Shown: piece by piece, positions 47,744 through 57,700 of the stretch
Numbering within the stretch: position 1 is the stretch's first letter
Layout: each line of letters opens with the position of its first letter
DNA from: Cytophagales bacterium
GTDB taxonomy: Bacteria > Bacteroidota > Bacteroidia > Cytophagales > 172606-1
Assembly: GCA_030446715.1 (NCBI GenBank)
Contig: JAUJMU010000015.1
Location: 36,953-100,952 of the forward strand
Direction: 5' to 3'
Length of the DNA: 64,000 bases
Position numbers and translations under genes: made by a program
Notes under the pieces: model-generated
The model's input: only the letters and a program-made list of their open reading frames with translations
Databases searched by the model: none
Told to the model about the DNA's origin: nothing

Positions 47744-47776
47744 GGGGCCTTGATGGCCGGGTGCGGATCGTAGTTT
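47744..47776 (-). repeat. Displaced copy of the thyA 3' end (direct repeat with 48799-48831)
   Basis: Identical 33-nt core GGGGCCTTGATGGCCGGGTGCGGATCGTAGTTT. On the minus strand it encodes ..[14 protein letters not shown] and is followed 5 nt later by the lipoprotein ATG. Confidence 0.85.
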
Positions 47777-47795
47777 CCGTCAATAAATCCGTCAA

Positions 47796-47819
47796 TAAAA
47801 AAGCAGCTCTATAGCTGCT
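47796..47819 (-). terminator. Rho-independent terminator-like hairpin (minus strand)
   Basis: Minus strand reads AGCAGCTATAGAGCTGCT followed by TTTTTT. Lies at the distal end of the AT-rich insert. Confidence 0.5.
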
Positions 47820-48273
47820 CCATTATCGATCAGGATCGGGAATCGGTTATTTTTTCACGGGTCAAACTTCGAAAACCATGCTGCCTGAAATATTGATCGG
47901 CCTCCGCCAGTTTAGTACTGGGTTTCTGTTCCCGCTCCTTTTTGGGGAAGTTTTTTCTCTATTACCCTTGTTTTTGGTGAATGTATCTGCCATAATTCAG
48001 TGAATTTATTTACTCTACCCAGCTATTTTTAAGTCTTGATAATCAAAACGTTGTAAAAAAAGTGACATTTTTCAGTAATAAGATCGGATTCAGGATGGAA
48101 TTTTATCTCCTTTCCCTTCCTGTATGCTGGATAAATGCCCGGATTTCTTCCGGTGAAAGCCAATCTTTCCGCCTTTACTGGTTTTGTAGACAAAGGGAGA
48201 AAAATGAAAACTACGCTGAAAAAATGTAACTACCTGATAATTAGCATTTAAAAAAAGCTGGGTAGAGTAGAAT

Positions 48274-48741
48274 TTATTTAAACAAATGTAGTAAATGAAC
48301 GGGGACTATCAACAGATAGTCATACTTTACATTACTGACAAAATCTTCTGAGATTCCATTGTTAACGCTCAGGATTGTGAATTGGTTTATGAAAGCGGCT
48401 CCGTATTCTCTTACAATTTTGCGGTAAATGTAGCTGCGGGAGCTGGTGCTTCCCTGAACCGCGATGATTTTATCAGGAAAACGATTAAAAAAGAGAGGAA
48501 TGGTCTGTACCACGGTGGCCATTATTTTCTCTCCATCACCATTTTTACTTTCGGCTCTGTCGTCAAAGTCAAGCGTGTTTCCGATACGGTCTCCGAATCC
48601 GAGATTCACAAAGACCGGCAGGGAAGGGAGTTCTTCGTATTTAATCAATTTTTCAATGATCCCTTTCGGGCCATTGCTGTTGAAGCTTAGTGCCCAAAGA
48701 GCAGTTGGTATTTCGTGCGTGTTGTAACTTTCCGAATTCAT
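48274..48741 (-). CDS. Hypothetical protein (DUF6934-like), carried on the thyA-adjacent insert
   Basis: 155 aa from [10 protein letters not shown]... The motifs ..NLGFGD.., ..[18 protein letters not shown].. and ..[11 protein letters not shown].. resemble a Bacteroidota family I recall as DUF6934 (unverified). AT-rich. The listed 353-aa ORF is a read-through chimera with thyA. Confidence 0.55.
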   Translation of the reverse strand: MNSESYNTHEIPTALWALSFNSNGPKGIIEKLIKYEELPSLPVFVNLGFGDRIGNTLDFDDRAESKNGDGEKIMATVVQTIPLFFNRFPDKIIAVQGSTSSRSYIYRKIVREYGAAFINQFTILSVNNGISEDFVSNVKYDYLLIVPVHLLHLFK

Positions 48742-48785
48742 TGAAGCAGTAAACTCAAAACTTTGTCCTTTCTTCTGCTTCGGGA

Positions 48786-49579
48786 CTAAACAGCAACTGG
48801 GGCCTTGATGGCCGGGTGCGGATCGTAGTTTTCCAGCCTGAAGTCTCCGTAGGTAAAGCCAAAAATATCTTTCACCGCCGGATTGATCCGCATCCGGGGC
48901 AGGGGGCCGCAATTCCGCGACAACTGTAGTTCTACCTGTTCGAGGTGGTTCAGGTAAAGGTGCGTGTCGCCGCCGGTCCAGATGAATTCGCCGGGCTGCA
49001 GGTCGCACACCTGCGCGACCATCATGGTCAGCAGGGCGTAGGAAGCAATATTGAAGGGAAACACCCAGAAACACGTCGGCGCTGCGCTGGTAGAGCTGGC
49101 AGGAGAGCCGGCCCTCGGCCACGTAAAACTGAAAGAAGGCATGACAGGGAGGCAGGGCCATCTTTGAAACATCGGCTACGTTCCAGGCGCTGACAATCAG
49201 CCGCCGCGAGTCGGGATTGCGCCGGATCTGCCCCACCACATCCGTGATCTGGTCAATAGTTTGGCCGTCCGGGGCGGCCCAGCTGCGCCACTGCTTGCCG
49301 TAGACCGGACCCAGTTCACCGTTGGCATCCGCCATTCATCCCAGATGCTCACGCCGTTTTCCTTCAGGTAGCGGACGTTGGTTTCGCCCTTCAGGAACCA
49401 GAGCAGCTCATGAACGATGGATTTGAGGTGAACTTTTTGGTGGTAACCAGCGGAAACCCTTCCGAAAGATCAAACCGCATCTGGTAACCAAACACACTGA
49501 GGGTGCCGGTGCCGGTACGGTCTTCTTTTCGTACACCACCGGACAAAATATGGCGCATCAAATCGTGGTACTGTTGCAT
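48786..49579 (-). CDS. thyA: Thymidylate synthase, with three apparent homopolymer frameshifts
   Basis: Pieces 49391-49579, the N-terminal part of 48274-49335, and 48786-49172 rebuild a full ThyA ([62 protein letters not shown]). The shifts are at T5 49434-49438, CC 49332-49333 and A3 49059-49061. Confidence 0.9.
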
Positions 49580-49745
49580 AAAAACGGCCTTGACTGCTAA
49601 AAATAAACCTTTTCCTGAAGGGGCGGCGCTAATTTACCAAATTACCTTACACCCTGCCTGTTTGTTGACAATAACGCTCCGGTGAACAGGGCAATTTGGT
49701 TAGATTTGGTCTGAGGCCCAACATAATAACAGCGGGGTTTTGTTA

Positions 49746-50182
49746 ATGATGTTCTTTCAGGAGTCCTATCTGACCATTTCCATTGATGAATACTCACAGT
49801 GTCTGATCCAGACCTGGAAGGGTTACGCCAGATCCGGTGAGTTCCGGAAAGGCATTGAAGAGTCAATGAGGTTATTTCAACAAAAAAAGCTCAGCAAGAT
49901 CGTAAGCAATACCAAAGAGTTTGCCGTAGCCCAGAAGGAAGATACGGACTGGGTATCCGGTTACGCAATGCCCATTCTGGTAGAACACGGACTGAAGTAC
50001 ATGGCTTTCGTTATGCCGTTGAGTTCATTTGCCCAGGTGTCGGTGTACAATTTCAAGTCTCAGGCTGATAAAATGGTCACCATCAAGTATTTTTTGTGGA
50101 GTTTGACCACGCCAAGTCCTGGATTGATTCAGTGGATGACTCATTTGCCGTGGCTCCGGGCCGGCTTACGGCCATCTGTTGA
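49746..50182 (+). CDS. Hypothetical protein, one apparent frameshift in a T6 run
   Basis: MMFFQESYLTISIDEY...KMVTIKYF continues as ..VEFDHAKSWIDSVDDSFAVAPGRLTAIC* in another frame after the T6 run near 50090-50095. Confidence 0.45.
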
Positions 50183-50964
50183 GCGGATATACATTTCCAT
50201 CTGGTCCCCATCCGTTTCCATCCATTCATTGTATTCCTGCTGCCCGCAACCGCCCGGGTTCGGTGATGTAGCCATCGGCGCCAGCTGCGGCCCGCGGGCT
50301 TCTGCCACCTTCGCCCATATGCCCATCCGGGCAGGGTAATCAGCATCCGTCCGGCGGGTTAGCTCTGACTGATCACTGACTGAAATATCCTCCAGACCTG
50401 CCTCCCGGAAGTAGCCGGGCAGGTGATCGGCAATGTCGTTCAGCATACCGGCATCAGCCCGCCACTGCAGGAATGCCCGGTAAAAACTGCATGCTGGCGG
50501 GAGGAGCAGGGTCCCAGCGGATTTTCGTGATTGTAGTCCAGCACCGACAGCCAGCCGCCGTCCCGGAGCAGGCTACTCATCTGCCGGAGGGCGGAAAAAG
50601 GGTCGGCCAGCCACTGCAGGGTCCGGGCGGAGGCCACCAGATCAAAGAGGTGGTCGGGCTGGTAGGTGCGGATGTCAGCGACGGTGAAGGAGAGATTTGC
50701 CACGCCCTGGTACTTTTCCCGGGCCTGACTGATGAGTTGATCACTGACATCAATGCCAATTACCTTACCGGTTTCTCCCGCAAGCCTGGCCATTCCGCAG
50801 GTGATGGCTCCCGTTCCCGCAACCAACGTCCAGTACAGTCATTCCCGGCGTGATCAGGCCTGGCAGGCTACGGTACGACGTCTCCAGAGTGCGCTGGTCC
50901 AGAACCGCTGGCTGCTGCCGGGCGGCGTGCGGGCCCGTCCGGCGGCAAGGGAGATATTCTTCAT
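50141..50964 (-). pseudogene. Class I SAM-dependent methyltransferase with three or more apparent frameshifts
   Basis: ..VLDVGCG(T)GAITCGMARLAGETGKVIGIDVS.. (motif I) and ..LLRDGGWLSVLDYN... ORFs 50440-50826 and 50141-50446 plus an N-terminal piece from ATG 50964. Confidence 0.65.
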
Positions 50965-51015
50965 TTGCGGAATGGTTAATGATTGTCTGGTTCTGGCGGG
51001 TCGGGGGCCGGCTTT

Positions 51016-51432
51016 TTACTTCAGGTCAATCCCAAACGCTTTTGCCATTTCAATCTGGTTAAAGTATTCGGTGTACTCAACTACTTTGCCGTTTTCTAAC
51101 CTGAAAGTTCCAAGGTAATCGTTTTCGTATTTGCCGCCGGCTTTGATTTCGATCTCGCCTTTGAATTTTACAAAGAAGAAGTTGGGGTCCTCGGTGGCAT
51201 AGATTTGTCTCGGAAATTTCATCTGGCCGAAACTGGCCGTAAGACCACTGTATTGTCTGTAGATGCCTTCTGCCCCGTCAAAACTTTCGGGAAAACCTGC
51301 CGGTGAATAGGGATTCAACTGCCGGCCATTTTGGGCAAAGACTTCTCTGAGCATTTCAAACTTTTGTGTTTCAAGTGCCACAAAGAAATTGTCCACTACT
51401 TTTCTGTTGCTTTCGGTTAAGGACTGGTTCAT
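51016..51432 (-). CDS. SnoaL/NTF2-like fold protein
   Basis: 138 aa from MNQSLTESNRKVVDNFFVALETQKFE... The pattern is typical of SnoaL-like/PhzA-B-like small proteins. Confidence 0.65.
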   Translation of the reverse strand: MNQSLTESNRKVVDNFFVALETQKFEMLREVFAQNGRQLNPYSPAGFPESFDGAEGIYRQYSGLTASFGQMKFPRQIYATEDPNFFFVKFKGEIEIKAGGKYENDYLGTFRLENGKVVEYTEYFNQIEMAKAFGIDLK

Positions 51433-51723
51433 GGTTGGGTTGTTTTTTGATAATTGGTTTTTTGTGCAATTGCTGACGGTGTTATTGCCAGCATCATGAA
51501 CAAAAGTTCTGCCTTCATAGCATTCGGTTGAGGTAGTTTTTGAAAAATACAATCATGGCAGCAACGGCAAAAGAGTGCCTGGGCTGCGGAATATTGATCT
51601 CCCGGCAATAGTCGCCGATGGTCGTAAGTGTTTTCAAGCAAATGAGATTGATGTGAGTGGATCAGTTCTCAAGACCATGAATTGGTTGTCCGGGCTAGTC
51701 GCAGGTGCCCGGCAGGGGTGCCG

Positions 51724-52401
51724 CTAACTCCCGTACTTCCGCAGGTGCCGGGCAAGGGTAGCCATGTTGCGGTCGGGGTCGCCGATGTTGCGCGGGTAAT
51801 AGTAGTAGATCAGCTGCTCGGCGTTCATGCTCAGTACCTGAGGCATTCCCCCTTTAATATTGGGGTGAATGCGGACGATCTTATCCACTGATCCGCAGAA
51901 GAAGTCGTAGGTTTCGGGATAGTGAATGCTGCTGGTGACCCCGCTGGTGCCGTTAAAAGCTGGTTTTCCATCTTTCTTCAGCATCCACGTCTGCGGATTG
52001 GTCACCGAAAACATACTGGGCACCTTGGGGGCACCGGCCACCAGACCTCCCCACCGCGACGGAACGGCATGAACGGCCATACCGGCTTTGGCCGCCTCCT
52101 CGCAAACGGTTTGGATATTCTCAACGGCAGCATACAGGTCCTGCTCCGGTACCGCTATTGACACTACGTTTGTTCCTGCGCCTGCCATCCATTTCATGTC
52201 TTCGCGGATATGGCGGGGCACCATTGTGTACATATGCGCCCGGAAATAGCAGGCATTCAGTAGTTTATTTTCTGCTCCGGACTTCTTCCCGGTTGACTGA
52301 TTCACGGCGGCAGGTGCCAGCGCCAGGGTGCCGGATGTGGCAATACTCTTATGAAGAAAGGTGCGGCGGTCCATAGGTAACTGAAAATTGAAAGTTGACA
52401 A
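51724..52401 (-). CDS. Tat-signal protein of unknown function
   Basis: Twin-arginine leader MDRRTFLHKSIATSGTLALAPAA. Starts 1 nt after the nuoB stop. Confidence 0.55.
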   Translation of the reverse strand: MSTFNFQLPMDRRTFLHKSIATSGTLALAPAAVNQSTGKKSGAENKLLNACYFRAHMYTMVPRHIREDMKWMAGAGTNVVSIAVPEQDLYAAVENIQTVCEEAAKAGMAVHAVPSRWGGLVAGAPKVPSMFSVTNPQTWMLKKDGKPAFNGTSGVTSSIHYPETYDFFCGSVDKIVRIHPNIKGGMPQVLSMNAEQLIYYYYPRNIGDPDRNMATLARHLRKYGS

Positions 52402-52926
52402 TTATCCTTTGTCAATTAACCTAAGCAAGGCATCAGGAGCAACTGAGCTTTCGGTCCGGATTTTTTCCTGCAGCTTCAGGATGCCGCCAATCAGGGCCTC
52501 GGGACGGGGCGGGCAGCCGGGCACGTACACATCCACGGGAATGATGCGGTCCACGCCCTTTACTACGTGATAGCCATGCTCCCAGTAGGGGCCACCGCAG
52601 TTGGAGCAGGAGCCCATCGAGATCACGTACCGGGGCTCGGGCATCTGTTCGTACAGCCGCCGGATGCGGTCGGCCATCTTGAACGTAACTGTGCCGGCCA
52701 CAATCATCACGTCCGACTGCCGGGGGGAGGGCCGGGGAAATACGCCGAAGCGGTCAAGGTCGTAGCCGGAAGCGTAGGCACCCATCATTTCAATGGCGCA
52801 GCAGGCAAGCCCGAAGCCCATCGGCCACAACGACGACAGCCGCGCCCAGTTGAGCAGATCATCCAATTTCAGCACAGCCACGCCGCCAATGCCCGTTTTG
52901 TCGCCTGAGTTGATTGAGTTTTCCAT
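52402..52926 (-). CDS. nuoB: NADH-quinone oxidoreductase subunit B
   Basis: ..[11 protein letters not shown].., ..[10 protein letters not shown].., ..[11 protein letters not shown].. (Fe-S cluster N2 ligand motifs). Confidence 0.95.
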   Translation of the reverse strand: MENSINSGDKTGIGGVAVLKLDDLLNWARLSSLWPMGFGLACCAIEMMGAYASGYDLDRFGVFPRPSPRQSDVMIVAGTVTFKMADRIRRLYEQMPEPRYVISMGSCSNCGGPYWEHGYHVVKGVDRIIPVDVYVPGCPPRPEALIGGILKLQEKIRTESSVAPDALLRLIDKG

Positions 52927-53211
52927 GTCTGGTTAATCGGAGTGGACGGTGGGCAGTAAAGGATTAGTACTTTGTGACCCTGGTGATTGGGATTAGCTGA
53001 AGTAATCAGGACTTTCTCTGGATGCCGCTTCGGCTGATCCGGGGGCAGATGGTCCAGGCGTGGACGCCTGAACCAGTGCAACAATCCCTTTTTTGAGAAA
53101 GTTCTGGATACATAAACCAAAGGCTGTGTATCAATCAATCTGCCAATCTGCGGCACCATTCATTTATAATTCATAATGCAGAATCTGAAATTTAAGGTTA
53201 CCCGGTACTGG

Positions 53212-53697
53212 CTACCTGCTGCTTTTGTATTTTTCATTCACCCGGTCATACAGCTGAGCTGGTACTTTGGACTGCCAGTCTGATGGTCTGGTCTGCGGTC
53301 TGACCCAGTCAAGGTGACCTTTCACCCACGCATAAGAGAGGCCAAGGGCCAGAATTGCCACGAAGATAAACATCTCAGCCAGGGCATACCAGCTCCAGAG
53401 GCCACCGCTGGCAACGTCCAGCTTATGGTCCCCGAACACCACGGCCCACGGGAACAGAAAGGCCAGCTCCACATCAAAAAGGATAAATACCAGCGCCACA
53501 ATATAATAACGCACATTGAAGGGGCCCCAGGCACTGCCTGCTACCTCTTCCCCGCATTCGTAGGAGGAAAGTTTTTCGGCATTCGGCCGGTGGGGCCGGA
53601 GCAGCCGGGCAGTCAGCATTGCCACCCCGAAAAAGAGGATGCCGCCGATGATGAACAGCAGAATTGTTCCGAAGGCAGAAAGTTCACCGGATTGCAT
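53212..53697 (-). CDS. nuoA: NADH-quinone oxidoreductase subunit A
   Basis: ..[10 protein letters not shown].. and ..[14 protein letters not shown].. motifs, three TM helices. Confidence 0.9.
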   Translation of the reverse strand: MQSGELSAFGTILLFIIGGILFFGVAMLTARLLRPHRPNAEKLSSYECGEEVAGSAWGPFNVRYYIVALVFILFDVELAFLFPWAVVFGDHKLDVASGGLWSWYALAEMFIFVAILALGLSYAWVKGHLDWVRPQTRPSDWQSKVPAQLYDRVNEKYKSSR

Positions 53698-53774
53698 AGG
53701 CAGGTACAGTCAATGCTGGCGGTAAGTTAATAAAAAACTTTCCGGGGGGGCCGGGAAGCCGGCCGAGGCTTCGC

Positions 53775-54020
53775 TTATTTCCTGATCATGAAGTAGAGGA
53801 AGCCCAGAATAATACCGGTTTGCCCCAGAAACATTCCGATCATCCACCGGATCACGTCTACTTTCAGTTCGGCAAGGTCGACCTTGGTAGCTACGATCTG
53901 GGCTTTGGCTTTGTACTGGTCCTCAATTTCACCCGTAATGTAGTCGGTAAGGGACTGGGCTTCCTTCTCACCAATCCTGGTCTTGTGAATGTTGTACAAT
54001 TCGATTTGGGATAGTGTCAT
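53775..54020 (-). CDS. Small coiled-coil protein with C-terminal TM anchor
   Basis: 81 aa with ATG start. The C-terminal helix MIGMFLGQTGIILGFLYFMI is hydrophobic. A hairpin plus T-run follows. Confidence 0.5.
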   Translation of the reverse strand: MTLSQIELYNIHKTRIGEKEAQSLTDYITGEIEDQYKAKAQIVATKVDLAELKVDVIRWMIGMFLGQTGIILGFLYFMIRK

Positions 54021-54055
54021 ACACTTTACTTTGTTTCATATTAACATGTCAAATA

Positions 54056-54092
54056 TAAAAAAGCCCTTGCGGGGCTTTGGCACCGCAAGGGC
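54056..54092 (-). terminator. Rho-independent terminator of gene 54114-54698
   Basis: 10-bp stem GCCCTTGCGG / CCGCAAGGGC (54063-54072, 54083-54092), followed on the minus strand by TTTTTT. Confidence 0.65.
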
Positions 54093-54113
54093 TGAAAATT
54101 TTCAGACTGATTT

Positions 54114-54698
54114 TCAGATAACGTCAAGGGCAGCCAGCAGAATGATTATCAGACCTACAAGCAGAGCTATAGAGCCAAGGCCATAAAAAATACCACCACC
54201 CGGGCCAAGCAGAGCAGCCAACAGAATGAGGCCAAGGCCCACTGCGGCAACTATAATACCCAGTCGGATGGTAGGATCAGTGACCTTGCCGGCTTTTTTG
54301 GCTTTGTCCTGCCTGAGGTCAAATTTGCCGTCGGCCTTTTCAAGTTTCTTTACCAGTGCTTTGGTAACCATGCGGGTAGCCAGGGAAGGCTTTTTTGCTT
54401 CGGTCCGGGCAGACCGGGTTCCGGTCAGGTTTTCCTGTTTTGCCTGCTCAAAGGCGCTGATGGTGGCGGCTGCCGGCATTTCTGCTGATGCAGAGGCATA
54501 GGCTTCATCAGCCGGGGCACCCTGAGCGGCGGCAGGAGCCCATTGGGCGGGATCGGCTGCCGGAGCAGTGGCGGCAAAAGTCTGGTTGGCCGGTGCCGTG
54601 TTGACCAGGCCGATTTTGGAGGAAGTACAGGAAGCCATCATCGTGGCGGCGGCTCCCAGCGTAAGGAGGCGGTTGATCAAAGTAGGTACTGTTCTCAC
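54114..54698 (-). CDS. Ala/Pro-rich lipoprotein with C-terminal TM segments
   Basis: Lipobox AATMMASC, a low-complexity A/P-rich middle, and two C-terminal hydrophobic helices. Confidence 0.55.
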   Translation of the reverse strand: MRTVPTLINRLLTLGAAATMMASCTSSKIGLVNTAPANQTFAATAPAADPAQWAPAAAQGAPADEAYASASAEMPAAATISAFEQAKQENLTGTRSARTEAKKPSLATRMVTKALVKKLEKADGKFDLRQDKAKKAGKVTDPTIRLGIIVAAVGLGLILLAALLGPGGGIFYGLGSIALLVGLIIILLAALDVI

Positions 54699-54798
54699 AG
54701 GTTCAGGGGTTAGTGGTTAAAAATGAAAAGTGATTAAAATGAAAGGGAAGTTGCCGGCCCCAAAATGAGAATTTAAGGCCACATATCAAAACGGAAAC

Positions 54799-57700
54799 CT
54801 ACCGTAATGGTTTGGGAAATTTTCCGCCGCCCCTCTGATGATTCAGACCGTTGGCAGCGGCAGTTTCCGGCGATTCAACTTTTATCTTCACGGCCAGCAG
54901 GGTAATGTCGTCCTCGTTGGGCATTCCATCATTCCACTGCCGGCTGAGATCAAGCAGGTGATCAATGATTTCCTGAGCCGGGCCGCTGGCCGTTTGTCTG
55001 AATTCCGTTTCGATCCGGTCGTAATCCAGCATGCGCCGCTGTTCGTCAAACAGTTCTGGCAGCCCGTCGGTCATGGCCAGCAGCGTATCGCCGGGCTGAA
55101 GGCGGATTATCTGCTGCTGAATGGGCATTTCGAGCCGGGAACCAAGGAATAAGCCCTTCAGCATGATGGTCTCAACCTGCCCGGTGGCCTGCCGGAACAG
55201 ATAGAGTGGTGGCATCCCCGAGGAAGCAATCAGAAGCCGTTCACGGGAGAAGTGCATTACTGTAAGGCCCATGTACATGCCCCTGATCTGCAGGTTTTGA
55301 ATTCCTTCCGAAATTTTGGTGAGCAGTTCGACGGCTTCGTACTGACCAGCCAGCGTCTGGAAATAACTTTTTACGGTTGCCACCACGATACCTGCCTTCA
55401 GGCCGTGGCCGGTAGCATCGCCGATCACCAGGGTAATGTCTCCGTTGGCGTGCAGCTTGTAATCGTAATAATCGCCGCCTACTTCCGCACTGGTTTTCAT
55501 GATCACCGCAAAATCCAGGAAGGGGAGAGAGGGCTTTTCCTGAGGCAACATGGAAAGCTGCAGGGTGCGTGCCTCTTCCAGTTCCAGGGTTTTCCGTTCA
55601 TTGTCTTCAGCAATGATGGTCAGCACCTCTTCCGTGCGTTGCTTCTGCCGAAGCAGTTCCAGCTGGTTCTGCCGCAGGATTTCCTGGTACTGCTTGCGGT
55701 CGGTGATGTCGCCCACCCGCACCAGCAGGTATTCCTTATCCTCAAAAGGCACAACCGTAATGGCAATATCTCCCCAGAACTCCCGGCCTTTGCGGCTGAC
55801 GTATTCCACTTCGGCCGACCAGTACCGCCGGGTCCAGATTTCGCGGCGGATGCGCGTAGATTCTTCTTTGGTAAAAGGAGTCTTCTGCAGTTCGTTGCCC
55901 TTCAGGCCCATTACTTCCTCCTTGCTGTCGAATTCAAACAGCTTTACGACCTGGTTATTGCAGTTGACAATCTCATTGTTGTGCGGATCTACCAGGAACA
56001 GGGCATCGGCTACGCCCTCAAACATGGCCTCCATCACCTGCTGGCTTTTCTGAAGCTTTTGCTCAAAATGTTTGCGCTCAGTAATGTCGCGGATCCGGAT
56101 GAGGAAGTACTGCTGGTCATTTACGCTGATGTAGCTCACAGCGGCATTGCCCCAGAACTCCCGGCCCTTCACCGAAACGTACTCCAGTTCGGCAGACCAG
56201 TAGCCCTGCGTGGTCAGTTGCTCCATAATCCCGGCGGTTTCCGCTTCGGTGAATGGATGCTTCTGCAGATTCTGAGCCTGAAGGCCCACGTATTTCTGGT
56301 TGTCCTCCAGTTCAAAAAGCAGCACTGCCTGCTGGTTGTACCGCTCCAGGATGCTGCCGTTCACGTTGATCAGGAAAAGGGCATCGGCAGAATTCTCAAA
56401 TACCTCGTACAGAAGCCGCTCGCTTTTCTTTACCCGCTCCTCCACTTCTTTTCGTTCGGTAATATCAATGGTGGCACAGGTCAGTCCGGTGATAGAGCCG
56501 GTTTCATTCCGGAGCGGTTCTATGGTGAGAATATAATTGTGAGGTTGCCCTTCAATGGTCATCTGCACTTCCTCCCGGCGGCCCTTTCCCGACTGGATTA
56601 CTTCCCGTTTCAGGGCCATCACCCGTTCGGCTTCTGCCGGCACCTGCATGACCTGGAGGTCGGTTTTGCCTACGAGCCACTGGTCTTCTGCCGGGCTGGT
56701 GGCCGCATTGTTGTACACCCAGCTGTACCGCAGGTCGCAGTCGCAGTTAAACACGAGGATCGGGGAATTTCCGATGGCCACCTGGAAGCGTTCTTCGTTC
56801 TGGCTGAGACGTTGCAGGGCACGCTGCCGGTCAGTCACGTCCAGCACGAAAGCGATACCGGTATCCAGTTTCTGATCCAGCGTGGCGGCACCTACCGTCA
56901 CCCAGATCCGGGAACCATCCTTGCGGGTCAGCTCCTTTTCGTATGGAACGCCGGCCCCGGTTTCCTTCATCTGCCGGGCCGCCAGTTCATCGCTGGAGCC
57001 GTATTCAGCCGGAGTGAGGCTGGCCCAGTCGATCTCCTTCCGGTCCATTTCCTCCCGGGAATAGCCGATCATTTTCAGGAACGTATCGTTGGCGCTGTAA
57101 ATGCCGCCTTCCAAAGACCATTCAGTCACGCCCAACATGCCGGAGTTGAACAACCGCTTCAGTTTGGCTTCGGCCTCCACCCGGTCGTGGATATTGATGC
57201 AACTGCCGATGAAGCCCTCAAATGTGCCGTCGGGCAGAAACCTCGGTACGCCGTGGTCGAGCATCCAGCACCAGGAGCCGTCGTGCCGCCGCAGCCGGTA
57301 TTCCATCCTGAACGATTTACGGGCTGCAAATGCGGACTGACAGGTTTGAAGGCAACGGTCAAAATCATCCGGATGGATACCTTCCGTCCAGCCATTGCCG
57401 GATTCCTGTTCCAGGGTGCGGCCCGTGAATTCCAGCCAGGGCCGGTTGAAATAAATGAACATGGCATCCGTGTCCGACATCCAGATCATGACGGGAGCCT
57501 CATCGGCCATGGTCCGGAACCGCTCTTCGCTTTCGCGTATTTTTTTCTCCGCCTTTTTCCGCCCGGTAATCTCTATGTCAATGCCGGCCATGGCCGTAGC
57601 ATTGCCCCGGCCGTCCTGCATCACCGTTCCCTGACCCAGCAGCCAGCGAACCTGACCCCCCGGCGTAATGATCCGGTATTCAGTCTTGAAAGGTTTTTGG

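Noticed and set aside
48274-49335. 353-aa ORF taken at face value as one gene
   Set aside because: It is a chimera. Its N-terminal third is the in-frame middle of thyA. It then reads out of frame through the thyA 3' part and the intergenic spacer, into the separate 155-aa gene starting at ATG 48741.
48786-49579. thyA as a genuine pseudogene (thymidine auxotrophy)
   Set aside because: All three disruptions are single-base length changes in homopolymers, and the repaired protein is fully conserved. Sequencing error is the more economical explanation, so the gene is reported as a CDS with that caveat rather than as a biological loss.
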